Source of the DNA: Nitrospirota bacterium
GTDB taxonomy: Bacteria > Nitrospirota > UBA9217
DNA length: 64,000 nucleotides
Assembly: GCA_963740085.1 (NCBI GenBank)
Contig: CAVUCU010000001.1
Span: 1,408,001 to 1,472,000, forward strand
Direction of reading: 5' to 3'
In this document: positions 17,892-27,493 of the stretch, piece by piece
Layout: each line of letters begins with the position of its first letter
How positions within the stretch are numbered: the first letter of the stretch is position 1
Made by a program: the position numbers and the translations under genes
The notes under the pieces: generated by a model
What the model was told of the DNA's origin: nothing
The model's database searches: none
Seen by the model: only the letters and a program-made list of their open reading frames with translations

Positions 17892-20510
17892 ATGTTTATC
17901 CAGGAAGACTATTTCAAGAACATTTTTAACACAGTTCGCGAAGCTATTCTTGTCCTCGGCGAAGACATGAGAGTGCTGTCGGCCAATCGTAGTTTCTTCA
18001 CTATGTTCAAAGTAGATTCCGCAACGACTATCGGCTCTCTTTTATACGATCTTGGAAACGGACAATGGAACATCCCGCATCTTCGCGTGTTGCTCGAAGA
18101 TGTTCTTCCGAAGAACGACACTGTTGATGACTACGAGATTGAACATACATTTGAGAGCATCGGCCAGAGAACCATGCTCCTGAACGCCCGCAAGATCAGA
18201 GAAAAGAAAAACGACCCGTCGATTATCCTTCTCGCCATCGAGGACATAACCGAGCGCAAACAATTGCAAGACTTGTTAACAGAGTCTGAAAAACGCTACC
18301 GGCGTGTTTTTGAGACCGCAAGCGACGGGATAGTGCTGCTCGAAAAAAGCGAAGGACATATAGTCCATTCGAATCCGGCCGCCGAGAAAATGCTGGGCTA
18401 TTCCGAAGATGAGTACGTCGGGAAGAAACTGCAGGATATCGGTGTCTCGCTCGATACGGGCGATTTCCCCGCGACAATGCGATCTTTGAGCAGGAACGGC
18501 ATTCTTAATTACGAGGATATTCCGGTCAAAACCAAGTCAGGACAGGATTTCTACGCGGACATATATCTGGTAGACAGGGCAAAGCTGGCACAATGTAATA
18601 TTCGCGATGTCACAGAACGGAAGCGGGTGGTGGAGCTGCTGAATAAAGAAGAGACTAAATACAGAGAACTTGCAGAAAGCATCTCCGACATTTTTTTTGC
18701 GATGGATCGAGATCTCAGATACACCTATTGGAACAAGTCCAGTGAAATTCTCACAGGCATTTTGGCTACAGACGCTATTGGAAAGCTTTTCTCTGACATT
18801 TTCCCGGACAATGAGATGACAAGAGAGCTTCAAAACGTATACCTGAACGTGATAAGGACTAATACGGCGCGGCATTTCACCAGCATGTACCCTGCAGGGC
18901 GAAATGTCATCCACGAAATCAGCGTCTATCCGTCCAAGAGCGGCGTCTCCGTTTTTATTAAAGATATTACCGAGCATAGGCATATGGATGAGGCGCTGCG
19001 TGAAAGCGAAGAGAAGTTCCGGTCCATATTCGAACAGGCGACCGACGGGATCATGATCGCCGATGCGGAGACCAAGAAGCTTATTGATGTAAATAAGGCT
19101 ATGTGCATCATGCTCGGATATTCACACGATGAGATCGTTGGCCTGAGCGTTGATGACATTCACCCGAAAAAGGACTTACCCTCCATCCGGGGGAGCTTCG
19201 ATAAACAGCGGCGCGGCGAGAGCTTGCTTGCGCCCACAGTCCCGATGTTGAGAAAGGATGGGTCGGTCTTTTTCGCGGACATCCATGCCGCGCGTGTGAC
19301 TTTGAGCGGAAGGCAGTGCCTCGCCGGGATCGTCCGCGACATCAGCGACCGGCAGAAACTCGAAGAACAGCTCCGCCATGCACAGAAGCTGGAGGGCATC
19401 GGCTCCCTTGCCAGCGGCATAGCTCACGATTTCAACAATATCCTGTCCGCCATCATCGGCTACGGACATATAACCCTTATGAAGATGCCGAAGGACGACC
19501 CGCTGCGGCTGAATATAGAAAACATGCTGGCGTCAGCCGACCGCGCAGCAGCGCTTACCCAGAGTCTTCTTGCCTTCGGCCGTAAGCAGATAACCAACCG
19601 GAAGCCTGTTGAACTGAACAGCCTGATCATGAGAGTGGAAAAGTTCCTGGTCCGCATCATTGGAGAGGATATTTCGGTCCGCTTGAACCTTGCGAAGGGC
19701 GCTTTGAACATTTTTGCCGATGCCGGCCAGCTGGAGCAGGTGTTCATGAACCTTGCAACCAATGCGCGGGATGCAATGCCGAACGGAGGTTCCTTCACGA
19801 TCGAGACAAAGATCAGAGAGTTGGATAGCGGATATATAACTGCCCATGGCTATGGGAATGAGGGCGCCTATGCCATGATCTGTGCTACCGACACCGGTGT
19901 CGGAATGACCGAGGAAACCAAACAAAAGATCTTCGAACCGTTCTTCACGACCAAGGAGGTCGGCAAAGGAACAGGGCTCGGGCTTGCCATGGTGTACGGC
20001 ATTCTCAAACAGCATGAGGGCTTCATTAATGTGTACAGTGAACCGGGCAAGGGCACGACCTTCAGGATCTATCTTCCGCTGATCGAGGCCGAGGCAGCGG
20101 ACGAGAAGATCGCGGCTCATGAATCTCCGAAAGGAGGCACGGAGACGGTCCTTGTAGCCGAGGACGACGCGAGTCTGAGAAAACTCGACGTGCTCGTTCT
20201 TGAACAAATGGGCTATACGGTGATCACGGCGAAAGACGGTCAAGAGGCAGTAACAAAATTCATGGAAAACAAGGACAGGATCCAGCTGCTGTTGTTCGAC
20301 ATGATGATGCCGAAGAAGAACGGCAAAGAAGCTTATGAAGAGATCCGCAAAGTGGTGCCTGATGTCCGGGTGCTCTTTGCCAGCGGATATTCACCGGACA
20401 TGCTGAGTGAGAAGTCGCTGATCTCAGAAGGCGCGGCCTTTGTTTACAAACCGATTTCACCACTGGATCTGTCGAAAAAAGTGAGAGAAGTGCTGGACAG
20501 GAATCGGTAG
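17892..20510 (+). CDS. Hybrid sensor histidine kinase (4 PAS-HisKA-HATPase-REC)
   Basis: GIAHDFNN H-box, [29 protein letters not shown]-terminal receiver. Confidence 0.93.
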   Translation: MFIQEDYFKNIFNTVREAILVLGEDMRVLSANRSFFTMFKVDSATTIGSLLYDLGNGQWNIPHLRVLLEDVLPKNDTVDDYEIEHTFESIGQRTMLLNARKIREKKNDPSIILLAIEDITERKQLQDLLTESEKRYRRVFETASDGIVLLEKSEGHIVHSNPAAEKMLGYSEDEYVGKKLQDIGVSLDTGDFPATMRSLSRNGILNYEDIPVKTKSGQDFYADIYLVDRAKLAQCNIRDVTERKRVVELLNKEETKYRELAESISDIFFAMDRDLRYTYWNKSSEILTGILATDAIGKLFSDIFPDNEMTRELQNVYLNVIRTNTARHFTSMYPAGRNVIHEISVYPSKSGVSVFIKDITEHRHMDEALRESEEKFRSIFEQATDGIMIADAETKKLIDVNKAMCIMLGYSHDEIVGLSVDDIHPKKDLPSIRGSFDKQRRGESLLAPTVPMLRKDGSVFFADIHAARVTLSGRQCLAGIVRDISDRQKLEEQLRHAQKLEGIGSLASGIAHDFNNILSAIIGYGHITLMKMPKDDPLRLNIENMLASADRAAALTQSLLAFGRKQITNRKPVELNSLIMRVEKFLVRIIGEDISVRLNLAKGALNIFADAGQLEQVFMNLATNARDAMPNGGSFTIETKIRELDSGYITAHGYGNEGAYAMICATDTGVGMTEETKQKIFEPFFTTKEVGKGTGLGLAMVYGILKQHEGFINVYSEPGKGTTFRIYLPLIEAEAADEKIAAHESPKGGTETVLVAEDDASLRKLDVLVLEQMGYTVITAKDGQEAVTKFMENKDRIQLLLFDMMMPKKNGKEAYEEIRKVVPDVRVLFASGYSPDMLSEKSLISEGAAFVYKPISPLDLSKKVREVLDRNR

Positions 20511-20879
20511 CGCGTTGACAGTACAATCCCAGTAGTAGGTATGTAGTCCGCCCGCAGTTCAGCTGCATAATACAACCGGAATTTGTTAATTATTTCGCTT
20601 GATTGAAATTGCACACTCGTAGGTGTAGGTCACCCTGCCTAAAGGTAAAAGAAGTTACGAATTGAGCTTACAACGGCTGTCGACACGGATACAGATTACC
20701 GCAGACAACGGCGGATTTGTTTTGATATGTAGTTCACCCGACAGGTGAGGTCACTGTATTCGATGTTCATTTTGCAATTACGTTTCAGACATTCGCGCGA
20801 ACACATCAAGTTCTGAGGAGAAATAACAGAAGGGCGTCGATGTGCGGATGGTGCGGCAAGACCAGGCCGAGAGAAGTTC

Positions 20880-22811
20880 TCAACCCTGCCCCTCCTTCTT
20901 TCTCTTCTCCAGTTCACTCTTCACCATCGGGAAGGCGTTCAGGTTCGTGTGCGGCAGGAACAAGGCCGACATGTACTCGTCCATGAAGCTGCGTGATACG
21001 GACAGCTCGATGTAGGTCATCTTTTTTGCGATCTCTTCCGCTTCATGACGCAGTTGGTCGCACAGGAGGCCGTAGTAGGCGCCCATGATGGACGTGTTGC
21101 CCAGGAACTGGAACTTGTCCACGGGCAGGTCCGGCAGCATGCCGATGGTAATGGCGCGCTCGACGTCGATGTATCGGCCGAACCCTCCGGCAATGAAAAG
21201 CTTCTCGATGTCGCCGAAGCCCATATCCATGTGCAAAAGCAATGTGGCGAACCCCGCGTAGATCGCGCCCTTGGCGCGGATCAGGTTGTCCAGGTCCACC
21301 TCGGTTATCACGATCTCCTTGTTGATCGCGCTCTCCACGCGCCACGCGATCACGAACTCCAGGCCGCTCTCGCCGCGGCGTATCCGCTTGGACCCGATCT
21401 CTTCCCGTATCTTTCCCTTCTGGTCGATAACGCCGTTGAGATACATCTCTGCGAGGATGTCGATCATGCCCGAGCCGCAGATGCCGATGGGCTTCGAATC
21501 ACCGATGACGCGGAAGTTAACCTCATACGTTTTCGGATCGATCTCGACCTCTTCGATGGCCCCTTCCATGGCGCGCATGCCGAACTTGATGCCGCTCCCC
21601 TCGAAGGCGGGGCCAGCCGAGCATGCCGCGGTCACGAGCCAGTCCTTGTTCCCGAGCACGATCTCGCCGTTCGTGCCGATGTCAATGAAGAGCGACACCT
21701 TGTCCTGCTTGTGGATCTGCGATACGAGCACGCCGGAGGAAATGTCGCCGCCCACATAGCTTGCCACGTTCGGCATCGAGTAAATGATGGCCTGCGGATC
21801 TACCTGCAGGCCCACGTTCTTGCCGCGGATGAGCGGGAAAAAGGTCGCCGCCGGGATATAGGGCTCCTCGCGGAGGTACTGCGGATCAATGCCGTAGAAC
21901 AAATGCATCATGGTGGTGTTGCCCGCCACCACAAGATAGTCTATCATGGCCTGCGGCACCTTGTTCTTTTCGGCAAGCTCGGCGAGAATGGTATTGATGT
22001 TGCCCACCACGAGGTCCTGTAGCTCTTTGAGCCCGTTCCGTTCCGTTGCGTACACGATGCGCGTGATCACGTCGTCGCCGCACTTCACCTGGCTGTTGTA
22101 CGTCGAGGAGGTGCCGATGATGTTCCCATTCGTCATGTCCACAAGGTAAACCACCACGGTGGTCGTGCCGATGTCAACGGCCGCGCCGTAGCATGTCCTG
22201 GTGGCGTTCCCGGGGAAGATATCCAGAACTTCCAGCACCGCGCTCACCTTGAAGACCGATACCGTAACGTTCCAATTCCCTTCCCTCAGCACGTGCGAAA
22301 GCTTTTTCAGCACGAGGTAGTTCATGTGGAGATGAGATGCGTCGAAACCCGCCTTGTCCAGCGCGCGCCTGACCCGCTCATAGTCCGCTATGTTATCGTC
22401 GATCGTGGGCGGGCTGAGCTCGAGGTAAATGCGGCTGATGCGCGACTCAAGGCATCCCCCGGCGGACCGCATGAGCTTGATAAGCTCATCCCTGTTCGCT
22501 CCCATGGCGATCTTGTGTTTTGCCTGCATGCGCGATTCCTGAGGGATCTCGACGACCAGATCGCTCTTGACGCGAGAGTGGCAGGCAAGCACATAGCCGC
22601 GTTCCGCTTCCTCGGGAGACAGGTAAGAGCGGGACTTGCCGCTCTCGACCGTGCCTTCTTTGATGATGACCTTGCACTTCCCGCAGTTGCCCTTGCCGCC
22701 GCAGGACGAGAGCACGTAGACGCCCGAGGCCTTGACGGCCCTGAAGAGGTTCGTATTGTCGTCGACGGTGACCGAGGCGTTATCGGGGAGAAAGGTGACA
22801 GTGCGCTTCAT
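20880..22811 (-). CDS. Reductive activator of corrinoid proteins (RACo/AcsV; 2Fe-2S plus ASKHA ATPase)
   Basis: CGGKGNCGKC...C ferredoxin, DIGTTT, GDDVITRI, DIGTNGE, ACSAGPAFEG, GICGSG, AGGFG. Confidence 0.9.
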   Translation of the reverse strand: MKRTVTFLPDNASVTVDDNTNLFRAVKASGVYVLSSCGGKGNCGKCKVIIKEGTVESGKSRSYLSPEEAERGYVLACHSRVKSDLVVEIPQESRMQAKHKIAMGANRDELIKLMRSAGGCLESRISRIYLELSPPTIDDNIADYERVRRALDKAGFDASHLHMNYLVLKKLSHVLREGNWNVTVSVFKVSAVLEVLDIFPGNATRTCYGAAVDIGTTTVVVYLVDMTNGNIIGTSSTYNSQVKCGDDVITRIVYATERNGLKELQDLVVGNINTILAELAEKNKVPQAMIDYLVVAGNTTMMHLFYGIDPQYLREEPYIPAATFFPLIRGKNVGLQVDPQAIIYSMPNVASYVGGDISSGVLVSQIHKQDKVSLFIDIGTNGEIVLGNKDWLVTAACSAGPAFEGSGIKFGMRAMEGAIEEVEIDPKTYEVNFRVIGDSKPIGICGSGMIDILAEMYLNGVIDQKGKIREEIGSKRIRRGESGLEFVIAWRVESAINKEIVITEVDLDNLIRAKGAIYAGFATLLLHMDMGFGDIEKLFIAGGFGRYIDVERAITIGMLPDLPVDKFQFLGNTSIMGAYYGLLCDQLRHEAEEIAKKMTYIELSVSRSFMDEYMSALFLPHTNLNAFPMVKSELEKRKKEGQG

Positions 22812-22928
22812 GAACTGAATATAACAGGGCGAGAAACAAGGGTCAAGGAGATTCTGGACAGAAAAGCGCGAAGACGTTGATGGATCGCGCTCAGCAATGC
22901 CGCTCCGCCTCTCGTCGATGAAGATTCA

Positions 22929-22957
22929 TTGACATTGCGCTTTCCATTGATTAGTAT
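22929..22957 (+). promoter_or_regulatory. Sigma70-type promoter of the NlpC/P60 gene
   Basis: TTGACA-N17-TAGTAT, followed by an AGGAGG RBS. Confidence 0.6.
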
Positions 22958-22977
22958 GGGTCAGGACAGGAGGAGGG

Positions 22978-23448
22978 ATGCGTCGAACATTCCAAGCGGG
23001 CTGTTTGGTGTGCCTTGTTGTGTTGTTGTCCGCCGGCTGCGCTCATTCGCCGGTCAGGCAGTCGGATGATCACACCTCTACGCTCGGCGAGAAAGCCGCC
23101 GATGTCGCCACGAGCATGATCGGCAAACCCTACCGGTACAAAGGCAACACTCCCGCCGGTTTCGATTGCAGCGGCCTGGTTCAATACAGCTATCTGGCCG
23201 CCGGCATGGAGGACGTGCCCCATGGCACGAAAGCGCTCAAAGGCCGCACCCGGTCAATAGGCAAAGACATGAAGACAGGCGACCTCTTGTTCTTTAACGA
23301 ACGCGGGAAGAAATACTCCCATGTCGGCATCTACCTTGAAAACGATACTTTTGTCCACGCCCCCGGCACCGGCGGTCGGGTCAGAAAAGAAAGCCTCGAG
23401 GACCCCTACTGGAAAAGCTCCTTCGTCGATGCCCGCCGGTTCATGTAA
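22978..23448 (+). CDS. NlpC/P60 (C40) peptidoglycan peptidase lipoprotein
   Basis: Lipobox LSAGC, GKPY, GFDCSGLV, GDLLFF, HVGIY, FVHA. Confidence 0.92.
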   Translation: MRRTFQAGCLVCLVVLLSAGCAHSPVRQSDDHTSTLGEKAADVATSMIGKPYRYKGNTPAGFDCSGLVQYSYLAAGMEDVPHGTKALKGRTRSIGKDMKTGDLLFFNERGKKYSHVGIYLENDTFVHAPGTGGRVRKESLEDPYWKSSFVDARRFM

Positions 23449-23491
23449 CCCCCTGTCTCGATCCTTATCTTCTCCAGAGAGGTCTTCATTA

Positions 23492-24157
23492 CTACTTCCC
23501 CTTCTTCCCGGCGTAGGCCTCCAGTTCCTTGTAGAAATCCTTCCCCAGGTACGTCTCGATGGTCTTCCTGAGGCTCCTGTACATGGGCTCTCCCTTCGGA
23601 TTTTTCATGCACGGGATGTGGTCAAGGTAGGGCGTGTCCTGGATCGAGAGCACCTGCTTCCCCTCCCCGGTCGAGTAGAAGGCAAGAGGATACTGGACGC
23701 AGTCTGCGAACTTGTACTCCTCCCAGACCAGGCCCTTGTCCATGGCATAGGTGTGCACGGCGCAGTATTTGAGCCCTTCCTTGTTCGTGTAGAGCAGGGA
23801 GCAGATGTTGTTGTGGATCAGAACGCAGCGGAATTCCTCTCCCCCGAAGGCCCGCTTTATGGCCTGAGCCTCGTCCTCGTGGATCTCGCAGCCCGCAGGA
23901 CACTGCTTTTTGCAGTCGGCAAGGATCGTACCGTTCTTTTTGAGCACTTCCCGGTTCTCCGGGCTCAGATAGGAAAGGATGTCGTCGAAGTTCGCCTCGA
24001 TCCGTTCGGTCTCGTACCCGGGAACGATGCAGGCGCGGTAGCAGCACTGCGATTTGCAGTCATAGCCGACCACGTCGCAGGTGTAGGGACGGGTGAAGAT
24101 CTCGGGGTTCACGAGCACGGACGCGATCTCGACGAAGCCCTTTTTGCCTGAGGACAT
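23492..24157 (-). CDS. Cys-rich DUF3109-like (CxxCxxCC-type) metal-binding protein
   Basis: CKSQCC, CVL, CAVH, K..DCVQYP; GGAGG RBS. Confidence 0.65.
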   Translation of the reverse strand: MSSGKKGFVEIASVLVNPEIFTRPYTCDVVGYDCKSQCCYRACIVPGYETERIEANFDDILSYLSPENREVLKKNGTILADCKKQCPAGCEIHEDEAQAIKRAFGGEEFRCVLIHNNICSLLYTNKEGLKYCAVHTYAMDKGLVWEEYKFADCVQYPLAFYSTGEGKQVLSIQDTPYLDHIPCMKNPKGEPMYRSLRKTIETYLGKDFYKELEAYAGKKGK

Positions 24158-24455
24158 GGCGGTTCCTCCAAAAAACAGAAGTCAGAGGTCAGCGGTCAGC
24201 CTCCAGGAGGAAATGCACCCCAAAGGACCCGATTTTTGACGCTCCGGAGGCTCCCGGCGGGAGCACAGTGGGCAATATTAAAACTATCAGGGAAGGAAGT
24301 AAAGTTTTTTTTCTCAGGGGTCAATATTCACTTGCATTCGGTGAAAAAAAGAGTATATTGCGCAACAAAAAAAGAGCGCCCGAACCCCTCGCATGCTCTC
24401 TCGGTGAGACAGGAACAACGGGGAAGAAAAAAATACACGCGAGTCACTTTTATCC

Positions 24456-24484
24456 TTGACAAAGAGTTGTATTTTTGATAAATG
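24456..24484 (+). promoter_or_regulatory. Putative promoter of the speD operon
   Basis: TTGACA followed by TGATAAAT at about 17 nt spacing. Confidence 0.45.
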
Positions 24485-24504
24485 ACAACTAGATTTTAAT
24501 TTTT

Positions 24505-24626
24505 TCGGCGCCGTCTGAAGTTGAGGCGGATTTGTCTCGAACCTTGGCCCTCGCGTGAGAACGGGAGGCAGTGTCTGCGGATACCGGGAGGCATCCCGGA
24601 GCTTGTGAAGCAGGCGGAGAAGGAGG
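24505..24626 (+). ncRNA. Candidate structured cis-regulatory leader RNA of speD
   Basis: Stems CCGTCT/AGGCGG, CCCTC..GAG..GGG, and GTCTGC/GCAGGC enclosing CCGGGA-GGCA-TCCCGG; the last stem ends just before the AGGAGG RBS. Confidence 0.4.
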
Positions 24627-24634
24627 TAAACAGG

Positions 24635-25036
24635 TTGCACGCGTTAGGAACCCACCTGTTGCTGGAATTGCGGGATTGCAACCGCACGACATTGAGCAAT
24701 CTAGAGTTTGTACAGGAAACACTCAAAAATGCCGCACTTGAGGCAAAAGCGACCATTGTTGAAGTCGCTTTCCACGAGTTCAGCCCCTTTGGCATCAGCG
24801 GGATGGTGGTCATCGCCGAATCCCATCTTGCCATCCATACCTGGCCGGAATACGGCTACGCCGCAGTAGATGTCTTCACCTGCGGGGACCTGATCGATCC
24901 CAGGGTCGCCGCAAACTACCTTATCGAGCACTTCCAATCACTGAATCCCTCGATCCTCGAGATCAAGAGGGGAGTCCTCGGCACCGAAAAGCTTCCCCAT
25001 AAGCCTATCGCGCAGGGAGAATTGGTCCAGGCATGA
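24635..25036 (+). CDS. speD: S-adenosylmethionine decarboxylase proenzyme
   Basis: LGTHLLLEL, IAESH cleavage site, IHTWPEYGYAAVDVFTCG; TTG start behind AGGAGG. Confidence 0.93.
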   Translation: MHALGTHLLLELRDCNRTTLSNLEFVQETLKNAALEAKATIVEVAFHEFSPFGISGMVVIAESHLAIHTWPEYGYAAVDVFTCGDLIDPRVAANYLIEHFQSLNPSILEIKRGVLGTEKLPHKPIAQGELVQA

Positions 25037-25953
25037 TAGAGCCCAAGAGCAACAAGTGGTTCATTGAGTACACGAGCCCCGAGGAGGGGCATTTGCACGG
25101 TATCAAGATGATCCACTACGCAAGCCAGACCAAATACCAGAAGATGGAGATCATGGACAGCGGGAGCTATGGCCGGTGCCTGGTGCTGGACGGAAAGATG
25201 CAGTCCACCGTTACGGATGAGTTCATCTACCATGAGGCGCTGGTCCATCCGGCCATGCTTACGCACCCGAACCCGAAGCGCGTCTTCATCGTGGGCGGCG
25301 GCGAAGGCGCCACGCTCCGAGAAGTGCTGCGCCACAAAAGCGTCGAGTACTGCATGATGGTGGACATCGATCAGGAAGTGGTTGAAAAATCGAAGGAGCT
25401 CCTGCCCGAGTGGCATCAGGGCGCCTTTGACGACCCGCGTACCGACCTCAGATACATGGACGCGCGCAAGTACCTTGAGGAAACGACCGACGCCTATGAC
25501 GTCATCATCATCGATATCTCCGAGCCTGTTGAAGAGGGTCCGGCGTACCTCCTCTTCACCCGCGAATTCTATGAGATCGTGAAGGAGCGGCTGAGCCCGG
25601 ACGGCACCATCTCGCTCCAGGCCGGCACCACGGCCCTGCACCAGTTGTTGAACTTCACGGCAGTGGACAAGACCCTGAACGCGGTATTCCCGGTGGTGGC
25701 GCCCTATGCGGTGTCCATACCATCCTTCGGCCTTCCCTGGGGCTTTACCCTGGCGTCGAAGAACCTCGATCCGAGGAAGTTTCTTCCCAAGGACCTGGAC
25801 GCCATGATCAAGAAGCGGATCAGGGGTGAGAACAGGTATTACGACGGCATAACGAACCAGGGCATGTTCATGCTGCCCAAACACATCCGCAAGGCCCTTG
25901 CAGAAGAGACCAAGATCATAGAGGACAACGCGCCTCTTTTCACCTATCATTGA
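25033..25953 (+). CDS. speE: Polyamine aminopropyltransferase
   Basis: LDGKMQS, YHEALVHP, VGGGEG, DVIIID. Confidence 0.93.
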   Translation: MIEPKSNKWFIEYTSPEEGHLHGIKMIHYASQTKYQKMEIMDSGSYGRCLVLDGKMQSTVTDEFIYHEALVHPAMLTHPNPKRVFIVGGGEGATLREVLRHKSVEYCMMVDIDQEVVEKSKELLPEWHQGAFDDPRTDLRYMDARKYLEETTDAYDVIIIDISEPVEEGPAYLLFTREFYEIVKERLSPDGTISLQAGTTALHQLLNFTAVDKTLNAVFPVVAPYAVSIPSFGLPWGFTLASKNLDPRKFLPKDLDAMIKKRIRGENRYYDGITNQGMFMLPKHIRKALAEETKIIEDNAPLFTYH

Positions 25954-27443
25954 CGGCCATGAATCCTCCTCCTTCACGACCCGAGGATGAACAATTCCGC
26001 ACCCCCCTGTTTGATGCAATGGTCAACCTTGCGGAGAGCCGCAAGGTCTCCTTCCACACCCCCGGACATAAGAGCGGCAAAGGCATCGCCACCCGGTTCC
26101 GCAAGTTCGTGGGTCCGCGCGTCTTTTCGATCGACCTCACCACCCTCGATGAAGTAGACTCCCTGCAGAACCCGACAGGCGTGATCAAGGAGGCCCAGGA
26201 GCTTGCGGCCAAATCAGCCGGCGCGGACCGTTCCTATTTCCTGGTGAACGGCACTACGGTGGGGAATCACGCCATGATAGCGTCCACGACCGGCCCGGGC
26301 GACAAGGTCTTGATAGCCCGGAACTGCCACCGATCGGTCCTTACCGGCCTGATCATGAGCGGGGCGCAGCCCATATTCTTCCAACCCGATTTTGACCGCG
26401 ACCTCAGACTTACCCTGAACGTGACCTTCGACACGGTCAGGGAGGCCATCGATGCCAATCCCGGAGCGCGCGCGCTTCTGATCACCAGCCCGAACTACTA
26501 CGGGCTCTGTGCCGACATCGAAAAGATCACTGCCTTCGCCCACGAAAAAGGTCTTTTGGTCTTCGTGGACGAAGCGCACGGCCCGCATCTCAAGTTCCAT
26601 CCCAAGCTTCCGACCTGCGCCCTCGAGGCCGGAGCGGATATGTGCGTTCAGTCAACCCACAAGATCGTTGGGGGCATGACCCAGGCATCCATGCTCCATG
26701 CAACCGCCGGCAGGGTCAATCTCGATGACGTCACCAATACATTAAAGCTCCTCCAGACCACGAGCCCGTCCTATATCCTGATGGCCTCTCTCGACCTGGC
26801 GCGCATGCAGATGGCCACGGAAGGCAAAAAGCTGCTCACCCGGACCATCAAACTCGCCGAGGAGGCCCGCGCCAGGATCAATCTGATCCCCGGCATCACC
26901 TGCTTCACCAAGGACCAGGCAAAAAAGGCGGGCATGGCGGACATGGACGTTACCAAGATGACCATTACCGTGTCGGACATGGGCCTCTCGGGCTACCACG
27001 TGTCCCATGAGCTGAACACCCGGTTCGATATCCAGGTGGAAATGGCGGACCCCTTCCACGTGCTCGTCATCGTCTCGATCGGCGACCGCCAGGATGACCT
27101 GGAGCGTCTTGTTGCAGCGCTCAAGATAATTTCCGCCGAAACCGGGCTCCAGGGCGCGCTCCTGCCGCTCGACAAGGTCCATCCGCCGTTGCTCACGAAC
27201 CGCTTCATCATGACGCCCCGCGACGCCTTCTACTCGGACAGTGAGCTGGTGGATGTGAATGATTCCGTGGGCAGGGTCTCGACAGAGATCGTGACCGTCT
27301 ATCCCCCGGGCATTCCGCTCCTCGTTCCGGGAGAAGAGATCTCCCAGGACGCCCTGAACTACCTCCGGAACATGGCCGGTCTCGGCGCCATCATCGACGG
27401 ATTGAACGAGAATAACTCGCTCGTGCGCGTGGCGAAGGTCTAG
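25950..27443 (+). CDS. PLP-dependent Arg/Lys/Orn decarboxylase (fold type I)
   Basis: FHTPGHK, VNGTT, RNCHRS, DEAHG, QSTHK (PLP lysine), TTSPSY, YPPGIP; ATG 25959 is an alternative start. Confidence 0.9.
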   Translation: MTAMNPPPSRPEDEQFRTPLFDAMVNLAESRKVSFHTPGHKSGKGIATRFRKFVGPRVFSIDLTTLDEVDSLQNPTGVIKEAQELAAKSAGADRSYFLVNGTTVGNHAMIASTTGPGDKVLIARNCHRSVLTGLIMSGAQPIFFQPDFDRDLRLTLNVTFDTVREAIDANPGARALLITSPNYYGLCADIEKITAFAHEKGLLVFVDEAHGPHLKFHPKLPTCALEAGADMCVQSTHKIVGGMTQASMLHATAGRVNLDDVTNTLKLLQTTSPSYILMASLDLARMQMATEGKKLLTRTIKLAEEARARINLIPGITCFTKDQAKKAGMADMDVTKMTITVSDMGLSGYHVSHELNTRFDIQVEMADPFHVLVIVSIGDRQDDLERLVAALKIISAETGLQGALLPLDKVHPPLLTNRFIMTPRDAFYSDSELVDVNDSVGRVSTEIVTVYPPGIPLLVPGEEISQDALNYLRNMAGLGAIIDGLNENNSLVRVAKV

Positions 27444-27493
27444 ACCGGAATCACCATTCGCAGTAAATCCCCTACCTGAAAGGAATACTAACG

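Noticed and set aside
24482-24499. Tiny uORF MTTRF upstream of speD
   Set aside because: It overlaps the predicted -10 region, so it is probably not on the transcript, and it has no RBS
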